This document shows positions 1 through 8,265 of a DNA stretch of 29,193 nucleotides, in pieces. A model generated the notes under the pieces. That model made no database searches. It saw only the letters and a program-made list of their open reading frames with translations, and was not told the DNA's origin. Origin of the DNA: a virus (Duplodnaviria > Caudoviricetes); the IMG/VR virus record IMGVR_UViG_3300022670_000404, positions 1-29,193 of that record. One strand, written 5' to 3'. How positions within the stretch are numbered: position 1 is the first letter of the stretch; each line of letters opens with the position of its first letter. Position numbers and translations under genes: made by a program.

Positions 1-2
1 TC

Positions 3-437
3 TCACTCGCTAACATGTCAGTCGCGATGACGCATTTATATGACATGGCTATTCTACCGCTCACAAAGCGCATCTATGACACGCTAACGATGAACTTGAT
101 GCCGATGTACAAAAACAGCGATAATCTCGTGCTTTCTTTTGATCCGTGTACGATCCCAGCAATCAAAGACAGAACTATTCAGCAAGTGACCGATATGTCA
201 AAGCTCAATGTCATGTCTGATAATGAAATCAGAAACCGCATTGACTTGCCGAGCTACGAAGGCGGCGATGAAATCTATAAGCCATCAACCATGGTGCCGA
301 TTGGTGCAGCTGATGCCGTCTCAAACGAGATGGACGACAATCAAGAAGACGATAAGGACAACGACAGCGGCAGCGGCAAGCCAGACGATAGCAAAGAGAC
401 GAGCGATGCCGACGCAAGCGCAACAAGCTCAAGCTGA
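3..437 (+). CDS. Phage portal protein, C-terminal part (5' truncated by window edge)
   Basis: The frame is open from the window start. The 'MSDNEIRNRIDLPSYEGGDEIY' segment resembles the HK97-family portal C-terminal motif (T.NE.R...L.P.EGGD), followed by an acidic tail. It lies upstream of MuF, protease and capsid. Confidence 0.8.
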   Translation, partial: SLANMSVAMTHLYDMAILPLTKRIYDTLTMNLMPMYKNSDNLVLSFDPCTIPAIKDRTIQQVTDMSKLNVMSDNEIRNRIDLPSYEGGDEIYKPSTMVPIGAADAVSNEMDDNQEDDKDNDSGSGKPDDSKETSDADASATSSS

Positions 438-1182
438 GCAAGAAAAAAACAAAAAGATGCAGCAAGAGGCAGCGTTGGCCATTGCCATCTTATTGCTCAT
501 TTCACGCATGGTACGGACAGCTAAATCAACATACGCCGAAAGCGGTCAAATCATTGACTTAAATGCGTTCAGGTTGCCCCTTCAATTGATTTTGCGACGT
601 TCTTACGAAAAGACCAACACTTTTTTCATGAACCAGCAAGTGAGGAATCTGTCAAAACAGATGGGGGCAACCCTCTCAGATGATCAAAAAACACAACTCC
701 GGCGGATTCTCCAAGCGCAAGCTGATCAGCAAGCATCCCCTCAAGCCGTGCAACTCCTCAAAACGATGCAATCTGATTTAAACGACATCTTCTTTGAAAC
801 GCAAAGCGATCTCAAAGACCAAGCAAAAGTAGCAGCGAGTGCGTCACGAAAATGGAAAGTGAAAACGAATGGACGTGTTAACGCTCAGATTGTGAACACG
901 CAAGTCCAGGGCACCGCAGAGAACGCAAAGAACACGACAGCAACGTTTATGCTGACCAATTTGGGCGCACAAACAGCTATCCGGTCTTCAACTAAAACAT
1001 GGGTCACAGTAGGCGATGACGAGGTACGGCCCGCGCACGCATTAGCAGACGGTCAGACGGTGCCAATCCATCAGAAGTATACCGTAGGCGGTGAGAAATT
1101 ATCGCACCCTGGCGACTTCGCGGGCTCACCTGGCAACATTAACAATTGTCGTTGCTCAAGCTTGACGCTCTTTTCAAAGTAG
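406..1182 (+). CDS. Minor head morphogenesis protein (MuF / SPP1 gp7 family)
   Basis: C-terminal 'KTWVTVGDDEVRPAHALADGQ...HPGD...NINNCRC' is the MuF signature. ATG 406 is preferred over 208, which overlaps the portal by 230 nt; the start is uncertain. Confidence 0.85.
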   Translation: MPTQAQQAQAEQEKNKKMQQEAALAIAILLLISRMVRTAKSTYAESGQIIDLNAFRLPLQLILRRSYEKTNTFFMNQQVRNLSKQMGATLSDDQKTQLRRILQAQADQQASPQAVQLLKTMQSDLNDIFFETQSDLKDQAKVAASASRKWKVKTNGRVNAQIVNTQVQGTAENAKNTTATFMLTNLGAQTAIRSSTKTWVTVGDDEVRPAHALADGQTVPIHQKYTVGGEKLSHPGDFAGSPGNINNCRCSSLTLFSK

Positions 1183-1191
1183 TTATAATAA

Positions 1192-1206
1192 CGTTATATT
1201 ATAACA
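1192..1206. promoter_or_regulatory. Palindromic operator, copy 1 (Zur-box-like)
   Basis: CGTTATA-T-TATAACA (14/15 to TGTTATANTATAACA), with right flank TTGC. An extra GTTAT-A-ATAAC palindrome lies at 1182-1192. It sits just upstream of the prohead protease. Confidence 0.75.
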
Positions 1207-2211
1207 TTGCAGACGATGCCCATGTTTCATAAAAATTTTAACTTTGTCATTAAAAATATCTCAGAAGACCCGATTAAGAACATTGGGATTGTAGAGGGAT
1301 TTGCATCAACATTCGGCAATACGGATCGCGAAGGCGATATCATGATGCCTGGCGCATTCACTAAAAGCATTCAAGCGTTGCGATCAAGCAATCAAAAGCT
1401 GCCGATGCTTGCAGGTCACAGAGATCAGATAGGCGGCTTTGACCCGAACGAGATGTTTGAAAATAACATCGGCCTTCAAGTCTCAGGCCAAATTGATTTA
1501 AACATTCAAGAGGGGCGCGAAAAGTATTCATTGGCTAAAAACGGCTTCCTCACAAGCTTTAGTGTCGCATTTTTCGCCAATCGAAAGAACATTGATTTCA
1601 GCGACGATGGGCAAACGCGCTCATTCAAAGAAGTGGAGTTGCTCGAAGTCTCACTTGTGCCAATCCCCGCGAACACAAACGCTGTTGTCACCGAAGTAAA
1701 AGGTGCGATGGCCTACAAGAATTATCCCTTGATGGATCAAGCGACGCCCTGGTCTGGCGAAAAAGCGACCACTCAAATTAAAGACAAAACGGGATCAACC
1801 GACGCACCGTCAGCGACCTATCGCAACGGCTTCATGTGGTTTGATGCAAAGAACGCGGACAACTTCGGCGCTTACAAGCTGCCCTTTGTTGTCGTCGATG
1901 ATGGCTCATTCAAAGCCGTGCCGCGTGCGCTATCAGCTATTGTTGCCGCACTCAAAGGCGGTAGAGGTGGGGTAGATATCCCCGCAGGCGATGTTAATGG
2001 TGTCAAGCGAAACGTCAACGGCTACTTTGCAAAGATGGGCCGTGAGCTACCATTTGGTGATGTCGGCAGTCCAAAGTCATTTGAACGCGATGAGCGATGG
2101 ATTGAGAAGAATGACGAAAGTAACATTATAACATTGCAAAAGTTAGATGGGATGTTATTATCACAAACACTCGATAAATTAATCTTAGAGGTAAGAGATC
2201 ATGTCAACTGA
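1207..2211 (+). CDS. HK97-family prohead protease with C-terminal extension
   Basis: 'VEGFASTFGNTDREGDIMMPGAF', 'LPMLAGH', 'SFSVAF' and 'LLEVSLVPIPAN' are peptidase S78 motifs. The start may be ATG 1216 or 1222. Confidence 0.92.
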   Translation: MQTMPMFHKNFNFVIKNISEDPIKNIGIVEGFASTFGNTDREGDIMMPGAFTKSIQALRSSNQKLPMLAGHRDQIGGFDPNEMFENNIGLQVSGQIDLNIQEGREKYSLAKNGFLTSFSVAFFANRKNIDFSDDGQTRSFKEVELLEVSLVPIPANTNAVVTEVKGAMAYKNYPLMDQATPWSGEKATTQIKDKTGSTDAPSATYRNGFMWFDAKNADNFGAYKLPFVVVDDGSFKAVPRALSAIVAALKGGRGGVDIPAGDVNGVKRNVNGYFAKMGRELPFGDVGSPKSFERDERWIEKNDESNIITLQKLDGMLLSQTLDKLILEVRDHVN

Positions 2212-3565
2212 ATTAGTCGAAAAAGTAGAGAAGCTTTCTAAAGAAATTCACGATGCGCGTGAGGCGTCTGATAGAAATAATACTGAAGCGTTCAAAAAGC
2301 ACGCTGAGGCATCAGCTGACTTGCTGACTGAGGTCAACGCTCTCAAAGATGATCGCACAAAACAGACAAAAGCGATTGAAGAGCTCGAAATGAAGCTCTC
2401 ACGCTTGCCAGGCGAGCAAAAAATTGAAGTTGCGCCTAAAGATGAATATATCAAACATTTTGACGGGTATTTACGGTCAAAAGGCATGACTTCAAAGATG
2501 ACGTCAGAGATCGGCACCCCGATGCTGGACTGGGCAATGGATAACTCCATTGCGCTTAGCATGGCGAACAAAGGTGCAAAAGATTTAATCAAAAAAGATG
2601 TGCTCGAAGGCATTGATCCTCGTGGCGGCTATTGGATTTTGCCCGAATTATCAAGCATGACGGTTGACAAGTTCTACGAGAGCAACCCATTGCGCCAGAT
2701 GGCCAATGTCGTGACCACCAGCTCAAATCTGCTCCGCATGATCATTGACGATCAACTGTCCACGAGCGGCGGATTTGTGGGTGAGATTGAAAGCAGAAAC
2801 AACACTGACACTGCTCAAATTGGCCAAGTCGATATTCCTATTCACGAACAATTTGCGGAACCTCGTGTGACCCATTGGATGCTGGACGATGTAGCCTTTG
2901 ATCTCGTTGGCTGGGTCAATAGTAAAACGATGCAGATTTTCAACTTGTTTGAAAACAGTTCTTTTCTGCAAGGAAGTGGCAGCAAACGTCCCAAAGGTAT
3001 TTTATCTTACGCTAAGTGGACAGGCGCAGCCGTTGTCTTCGGTAATGATGGAGACTATGAGCGTGACGCGCTGGAATATATCACGACAGGAGACGATCTC
3101 ATTCTTAGCTATGATAGCTATGTAAATCTTCAATTATCATTGCTAGAGCAATATCAGCCGGGTGCTGAGTTTCTCATGACGCGTAAAACATGGGCTGATA
3201 CCTTGCAATTGAAAGATTCGCAAAACAGACCGCTTTATGCGCTTGCCAACCTGTTGGCTGAAGGTGCCAATCAAGTCTTGCTCGGTAAAAACGTACGCAT
3301 TGCAGCCCCCACGCAAACCATTAAACAAGAGGGGAGTGATTTCACCTTAGAGGGGATGGGTTCTGCTGGTGATGGAGCGGGTACCGCGGTTGCTATTTAT
3401 GGTGCTTTCAACCCAGGTTATACCATTGCGGATCGCATCGGTTTTGTCACGATTGTTGACATTTTCACGGAGAAGCAATTTGTCAAATACTATACACGAA
3501 AACGTTTGGGTGGAGCTCTCACCAGCTATCAATCGCTCAAAGTTTTAGAAACTACATCAACATAA
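2201..3565 (+). CDS. Major capsid protein, HK97 family
   Basis: Coiled-coil delta-domain-like N-terminus, then 'GGYWILPE', 'FLQGSGSKRPKGIL', 'LKDSQNRPLY', 'YTIADRIG' and 'VKYYTRKRLGG'. Preceded by a GAGG RBS. Confidence 0.95.
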   Translation: MSTELVEKVEKLSKEIHDAREASDRNNTEAFKKHAEASADLLTEVNALKDDRTKQTKAIEELEMKLSRLPGEQKIEVAPKDEYIKHFDGYLRSKGMTSKMTSEIGTPMLDWAMDNSIALSMANKGAKDLIKKDVLEGIDPRGGYWILPELSSMTVDKFYESNPLRQMANVVTTSSNLLRMIIDDQLSTSGGFVGEIESRNNTDTAQIGQVDIPIHEQFAEPRVTHWMLDDVAFDLVGWVNSKTMQIFNLFENSSFLQGSGSKRPKGILSYAKWTGAAVVFGNDGDYERDALEYITTGDDLILSYDSYVNLQLSLLEQYQPGAEFLMTRKTWADTLQLKDSQNRPLYALANLLAEGANQVLLGKNVRIAAPTQTIKQEGSDFTLEGMGSAGDGAGTAVAIYGAFNPGYTIADRIGFVTIVDIFTEKQFVKYYTRKRLGGALTSYQSLKVLETTST

Positions 3566-3577
3566 GAGGAGATTACG

Positions 3578-4015
3578 ATGCCTATTAAAGACAATCGTTC
3601 GAGCATTGAAGCAAGCAATATCATGACGGAAATCGATAAATCAAACGATAGCACTGTATTGTCAAGCATTATTGACACGGCTGATTTCGATGACGGTGTG
3701 ACGTTTGTTTTCAATTTCCTCAAGGCAACTGGCACGCCCTCTATTGTTGTCACCAAGATTGAAGAAAGTGACGACTCAACAATGGCGACCGGCGTAACGA
3801 CAGTGCCAACTGCTAACTTAATCGGGACACTCCCCACTTTAACTGCGGCAGACGCCGAGAATGCCTCACTCAATACAGTTGGGGTCTTCGGCACGAAGCG
3901 CTTTATCCGCGCTGCAGTTGACTTTACAGTCTCCCCTGATCCGGTAGACTTTGTCGCCTGGGTTTACAAGACAGACGAAGTCAAGCCGGCTATTCATCCT
4001 AACGATGGTAATTAA
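3578..4015 (+). CDS. Putative capsid cement/decoration protein (Bbp16-like), paralog 1
   Basis: Lies immediately after the capsid gene, is beta-rich and has an 'S.IDT...ESDD...KRFIRA' pattern like BPP-1 Bbp16-type cement proteins. RBS GAGGAG. Confidence 0.65.
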   Translation: MPIKDNRSSIEASNIMTEIDKSNDSTVLSSIIDTADFDDGVTFVFNFLKATGTPSIVVTKIEESDDSTMATGVTTVPTANLIGTLPTLTAADAENASLNTVGVFGTKRFIRAAVDFTVSPDPVDFVAWVYKTDEVKPAIHPNDGN

Positions 4016-4027
4016 GAGGATATTACA

Positions 4028-4456
4028 ATGCCTATTAAAGACAACCGCTCAAATATTGTTGCAGCCCGTATCAAGCATGAAAGCGATCTAACATCCGATG
4101 TGGGAGTAGAGACAAGCATTATTGACACGGTTGATTTTGACAACGGTGTGACGCTTGTTTTCAATATCATGCAGGCAACTGGCACATTTACTATGACTGT
4201 TTTACAGGTTGATGAAAGCGACGACCCAGGAATGGCGGGCGCAACAAACGTTCCAACTGATAACTTAATCGGGACGCTCCCCATTATAACTGCAGCAGAC
4301 GTCCCGAATGCCTCACTTAATACGCTGGGCGTATTTGGCACGAAGCGCTTTATCCGCGCTGCAGTTGACTTTGTTATTGTCTCGGGAAGAGTGGACTTTG
4401 TCGCCTCGGTTTACAAGACAGACGAAGTCAAACCAGCTATTCACCCTAACGATTAA
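4028..4456 (+). CDS. Putative capsid cement/decoration protein, paralog 2
   Basis: Clear paralog of 3578-4015 with the same MPIKDNRS start and VFGTKRFIRA motif. It has its own GAGGA RBS. Confidence 0.65.
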   Translation: MPIKDNRSNIVAARIKHESDLTSDVGVETSIIDTVDFDNGVTLVFNIMQATGTFTMTVLQVDESDDPGMAGATNVPTDNLIGTLPIITAADVPNASLNTLGVFGTKRFIRAAVDFVIVSGRVDFVASVYKTDEVKPAIHPND

Positions 4457-4468
4457 GAGGATATTGGA

Positions 4469-4906
4469 ATGCCCATTAAAGACAATCGTTCGAGCATTGA
4501 AGCAAACAATGTTTTAACTGAAATTGATAAATCAGTCGATAGCTCTGAATTTTCAAGCACAATTGACACGGCTGATTTTGATAACGGCGTGACGTTTGTT
4601 TTCAATCTTCTCGCGATAACTGGCTCGCCCACTGTTGAGGTCACATCGATTTTCGAAAGCGACGACCCAACATTTCCGGACCCAATAGAAGTGCCAACTG
4701 CTAACTTAATCGGGACACTCCCCATCACTTTAACTGCAGTAGACGTCCCGAATGCCTCACTTAATACGCTGGGCGTATTTGGCACGAAGCGCTTTATCCG
4801 CGCTGTAGTTAACTTTATAGTCTCCCCTGGTACGGCAAGTTTTGTTGCGTGGGGTTACAAGACTGGGGAAGTCAAGGCAGTCATTCATCCTAACGATGGT
4901 AATTAA
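4469..4906 (+). CDS. Putative capsid cement/decoration protein, paralog 3
   Basis: Third paralog, with its own GAGGA RBS. Confidence 0.65.
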   Translation: MPIKDNRSSIEANNVLTEIDKSVDSSEFSSTIDTADFDNGVTFVFNLLAITGSPTVEVTSIFESDDPTFPDPIEVPTANLIGTLPITLTAVDVPNASLNTLGVFGTKRFIRAVVNFIVSPGTASFVAWGYKTGEVKAVIHPNDGN

Positions 4907-4917
4907 AAGGAGGCTTC

Positions 4918-5598
4918 ATGTCAGGCTTTGCAGGAGGGTTAGGCTACGCGTCTGATCCTCTTTTCATGCCCAACAGGCGATTCTCGAAAGTCTATACGTA
5001 TGACGTATTGACGCCGCCCGCGGAGTTGCCCGTCTCACTCGCACTCGTTAAGGAACACTTACGTCTTGATTCAGCTGATACCTCACAAGATGCCTACCTG
5101 ACGCTTCTTATTAACGCATCCCGTCAGTTCTTTGAAAAGTTCACTAATCGCATTTTAATCAACACGCAGTTTCGCACCTTCTTTGATTGTTTCCAGCAAT
5201 CTTTTGAGCTGGCACGTTCAAGGCTCGTCACACTCGATGCTTACGAATATCTAGTTGATGGGACGTTTACCGCCGTTGATCCGAGTATTTTCTACGCAAC
5301 GTTTGAGCGCAACTATTCACGCGTCATTATTGAGGAGGTCGATAACTTCCCAACGGACAAAGATGACAGGTTTCAATCGATCCGCATTGATCTGACATCA
5401 GGCTTTGGCGCAGCAGACACTGATATTCCGTCCGACATTCAAATAGGCTTGCTCAATCAGATTGCCTCCCTCTATGAGAACAGAGGCGATTGCGGGGCGT
5501 GTGATTGTTCAGACATCAGTAATTTACCCGTAGCTACGCAGAATGTGTATCGGCAGTATCGTATTGAAACAGTTTACGGGCAACCTTACAGGGGGTAA
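4918..5598 (+). CDS. Head-tail adaptor/connector (gp6-like, phiE125 gp8 family)
   Basis: 'PPAELPVSLALVKEHLRLD...YLTLLINASRQFFEKFTNR' and 'DIPSDIQIGLLNQIASLYENR'. RBS AGGAGG. Confidence 0.88.
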   Translation: MSGFAGGLGYASDPLFMPNRRFSKVYTYDVLTPPAELPVSLALVKEHLRLDSADTSQDAYLTLLINASRQFFEKFTNRILINTQFRTFFDCFQQSFELARSRLVTLDAYEYLVDGTFTAVDPSIFYATFERNYSRVIIEEVDNFPTDKDDRFQSIRIDLTSGFGAADTDIPSDIQIGLLNQIASLYENRGDCGACDCSDISNLPVATQNVYRQYRIETVYGQPYRG

Positions 5599-5602
5599 TA
5601 AT

Positions 5603-6115
5603 ATGAGTGTAGTAGCAGTAAAAGTATATGATGATAGAATTGAAATGGCGGCCGATTCTCAAACGAACGTGGGAAGCTATAGAAGTGCCTCAGCTAGAAC
5701 GGGGAAAATAATAGAAGGCATCGATTGTATTATTGGCATTGCGGGCAGTCGTAGTTGCTCATTGCTTGCAAAGCAGTATTTTGAAGGCCATCCTATTCTT
5801 CCTTTAACAACTTCTAATAAAGCGGGCAAACTAACCTTAAAATTTGACGAATTTAGACAATGGGCAAAAAACGAATTTAACTATGATATATACGATAAAT
5901 GCCACTATTTGATCGTGACTGATTGTCATGCCTTTATTATATATGAAACGGCGGCAGAAGAAATAACAGATTATGTAGCGATAGGATGCGCTCATTATTT
6001 AGCAGAAGTAGGATTGATGTTGGGTCATAATGTCAAAGATAGCGTAGCGGCGACGTGTGAAATGTCAAATGACTGTGGTTTTCCCGTCATCACTAAGACG
6101 ATTAATTTTCAATAA
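5603..6115 (+). CDS. Ntn-hydrolase fold protein (proteasome beta/HslV-like peptidase)
   Basis: Start ATG 5603 follows GGGGG. The 'MSVVAV...MAADSQ...K...IIGIAG...YVAIGCA..LA' pattern parallels proteasome-beta/HslV motifs (T1, AADS, K33, AIGSG). Confidence 0.6.
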   Translation: MSVVAVKVYDDRIEMAADSQTNVGSYRSASARTGKIIEGIDCIIGIAGSRSCSLLAKQYFEGHPILPLTTSNKAGKLTLKFDEFRQWAKNEFNYDIYDKCHYLIVTDCHAFIIYETAAEEITDYVAIGCAHYLAEVGLMLGHNVKDSVAATCEMSNDCGFPVITKTINFQ

Positions 6116-6124
6116 AGAGGTTTA

Positions 6125-6265
6125 ATGTTAATGCTAAAATTTTCACCAAAAAAAGACAGCAAAGAAGGCGTTCATACGTTTAAAGACAAGTATCCTGTTG
6201 AGACGAACGCTAAGCGAAAGCTTGCCAAGAAAAGATTAAGCCTTATTAAAGGCTATAAAGGGTGA
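6125..6265 (+). CDS. Small basic hypothetical protein (46 aa)
   Basis: Translates as MLMLKFSPKKDSKEGVHTFKDKYPVETNAKRKLAKKRLSLIKGYKG. It has an AAGAGG RBS at 6115-6120 and fills the gap before the head closure gene. It is below the ORF-track size cutoff. Confidence 0.55.
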   Translation: MLMLKFSPKKDSKEGVHTFKDKYPVETNAKRKLAKKRLSLIKGYKG

Positions 6266-6268
6266 TTC

Positions 6269-6667
6269 ATGGCCACTTGCAAGAAATTAACGCGCACAAA
6301 AACGCAAGTCTGCATTGGCTCACTCAATCGTAAGATTGATATTTTTACGCGCAACATTACAGCGCCCTTGAATTCAATCAATACACTGGTCGACTACGGT
6401 GAAGACTTCACCCTGCTGGCGTCTGTCTTTGCAATGATTGAAACACCTAAAGGCAAGACTATCTTTGATGAAGTCGGCACGGAAAAGATTGTGACGCATG
6501 TTTTCTCAATCCGCGCCATTGCGAACCTAACCAGCGAGAATTGGATTGTCTATCAAAGCAATCGCTATGACATTCAGATGATCACTGACTTGCAAGAAAA
6601 TGTACTATTTCAGCAGCTCTTTGCGATCATTCGCGGTGCAGATGCGAGAGAGGCAACCAAAGCATGA
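6269..6667 (+). CDS. Head closure / head-tail joining protein (SPP1 gp16-like)
   Basis: 'IGSLNRKIDI...VFAMI...VTHVFSIR...WIVYQSNRYDI' pattern and synteny. Confidence 0.8.
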   Translation: MATCKKLTRTKTQVCIGSLNRKIDIFTRNITAPLNSINTLVDYGEDFTLLASVFAMIETPKGKTIFDEVGTEKIVTHVFSIRAIANLTSENWIVYQSNRYDIQMITDLQENVLFQQLFAIIRGADAREATKA

Positions 6668-7116
6668 GACTTAAAATCATTGCTCACAATCAGAAAAGCT
6701 TATATCGTCTCGTAGGGCTTGAAGCTAAATTCAAAGCGGGCATCTATCAAGCCTATATTGATATCGCTAAATATTTGAAATCAACGGTTAAGAAGGACTT
6801 AAACGATGAAAAACACGGCCGCCTTTATATTCGCCGTCTTGCTGGTCGTGTGGTGCGTCACCGTGCAAGTGCGCCAGGCGAGCCACCCGCAACATTCACG
6901 GGCAAGCTGGAACGCTCAATTTCAACTAAAACATCCGGCTATAGAGACCTAGACTTTTCAGCGGGCGGCAAGGACGTCAATTATGCCGGTTTCTTAGAAG
7001 ATGGCACACGGCGCATGGCCAAACGTCCTTATATGATACGATCTGTCAAGCAGAACGAACGCAACACCATTGAGGCCTTTTATCGACATATTAGCGTGAA
7101 AATCAATGAAGCTTAA
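6664..7116 (+). CDS. HK97 gp10-like neck/tail completion protein
   Basis: 'HRASAPGEPPATFTGKLERSI' and 'YAGFLEDGTRRMAKRPYM'. Confidence 0.85.
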   Translation: MRLKIIAHNQKSLYRLVGLEAKFKAGIYQAYIDIAKYLKSTVKKDLNDEKHGRLYIRRLAGRVVRHRASAPGEPPATFTGKLERSISTKTSGYRDLDFSAGGKDVNYAGFLEDGTRRMAKRPYMIRSVKQNERNTIEAFYRHISVKINEA

Positions 7117-8227
7117 GCCAATCATCAATCAAATGGCAAAGTTCTTACCGTTTTTTAGCGATAAGTTCACTGATATTGCAACCATTTCAAGCATTTCAGC
7201 AGCAAGTGGTATTGTCAGCGTCACAACAACTGCCCCGCATAATTTAAGCGTTTCTGAAACGGTCGTCATTTCAGATGTGGTCGAGCAAGTCGTGATTGAT
7301 AGCCTTGAGCTTGACGCGGCCACCAATCAAGTGACGTGCCGCACAAGCGTTGATCACGGGCTGGTTGAGAACTTCAACTTTAAAACGCGCAAAACAACCG
7401 ATGTGACCGTAGAGATTTCAGGCGTTTTTGACATTGGGTTTAATGGCACGTTTGAACTGGTCAGCGTCCCTAATAGGTTCGCCTTCATCTATCAACTGAC
7501 AGCAGACCCAGCAGGGCCACCTACAGGCACAGGCATCTTAGCTGATTATACGTTCAATATTTTCAATGGCGCTCAAATTGTCGCAAGCGTTCCAAGCACC
7601 ACCACCTTTACCTATGCGATTTCAAGCACAGCCACCATCTTGACATTTAATACAGGCAAGACGCATTCCAACTTTCGCATCTCAGCAAGTGTTAATCTTG
7701 AGCGGATACTCGCCAGCTATACCAAAAATGCCCCTGATAAATGGTGGCTTTTTATCACACAAAATAGCTCGGTTGCCTCAAAGAATCGAGAAATACTCAA
7801 TGACAGCATCACGACTTATCGCGTCAATCATCAGACTTATCGGCAGAGACTCATTGAAAGCCTCAATATGTTTGTCATTGTGCCTACGGCAGATGAACTC
7901 AGCGCACGCAATGCAATTGATGAATTAGAAGATGTTAAAGTGGCGATCTTTCAATCTTTCTTGCGTTTCCCGGCGAGCGCCCAGTATGATGCGGACAATG
8001 GCACTGATAACCAGTTTGTCTATACGTATAACTCATCGGAAGTGATATTTTATAATACGTCCTTTGTGGTGTATCAATACATTTTTGACACAAACTATGA
8101 TGTCACCTATTTTGATACCTTCTCGCCCAACCTCTTTGCGCCATTCAGAGATATTGCGATGACGCAGGCAATCAACGACTTCGACTTTGTTTCAAACATT
8201 GATTTAGATGTTGACCCTGATTTTTAA
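7106..8227 (+). CDS. Probable tail terminator/neck protein with inserted small beta domains
   Basis: Lies directly before the sheath gene. The N-terminal half has two 'T..H.L...V.ISG..FNG.F.V......F.Y' (FCCH-like) units. Confidence 0.55.
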   Translation: MKLKPIINQMAKFLPFFSDKFTDIATISSISAASGIVSVTTTAPHNLSVSETVVISDVVEQVVIDSLELDAATNQVTCRTSVDHGLVENFNFKTRKTTDVTVEISGVFDIGFNGTFELVSVPNRFAFIYQLTADPAGPPTGTGILADYTFNIFNGAQIVASVPSTTTFTYAISSTATILTFNTGKTHSNFRISASVNLERILASYTKNAPDKWWLFITQNSSVASKNREILNDSITTYRVNHQTYRQRLIESLNMFVIVPTADELSARNAIDELEDVKVAIFQSFLRFPASAQYDADNGTDNQFVYTYNSSEVIFYNTSFVVYQYIFDTNYDVTYFDTFSPNLFAPFRDIAMTQAINDFDFVSNIDLDVDPDF

Positions 8228-8230
8228 GAA

Positions 8231-8245
8231 TGCTATATTATAACA
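8231..8245. promoter_or_regulatory. Palindromic operator, copy 2 (Zur-box-like)
   Basis: TGCTATA-T-TATAACA (14/15), followed by an extra TAACA. It lies in the 38-nt gap before the sheath gene. Confidence 0.75.
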
Positions 8246-8265
8246 TAACATGATGAGGTAAAAAA

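Larger units (their letters stand above)
3563..4906 (+). repeat. Tandem triplication of a ~445-bp unit (RBS plus gene)
   Basis: Each unit begins TAAGAGGA-N7-ATGCCYATTAAAGACAA. Identical blocks are 4297-4361=4741-4805, 3802-3836=4690-4724 and 3890-3925=4337-4372. Confidence 0.95.

Noticed and set aside
208-405. Extended N-terminus of the MuF ORF as given in the ORF track
   Set aside because: It overlaps the portal gene extensively and looks like off-frame translation.
3529-4785. Three similar minus-strand ORFs (3529-3894, 4012-4341, 4453-4785)
   Set aside because: They are antisense shadows of the triplicated genes, so their similarity is a by-product. Other short overlapping ORFs in the track were dismissed likewise.
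3563-4906. Diversity-generating retroelement or CRISPR interpretation of the repeats
   Set aside because: The repeats are whole coding genes, differences are not adenine-specific, no reverse transcriptase is present, and there is no repeat-spacer periodicity.
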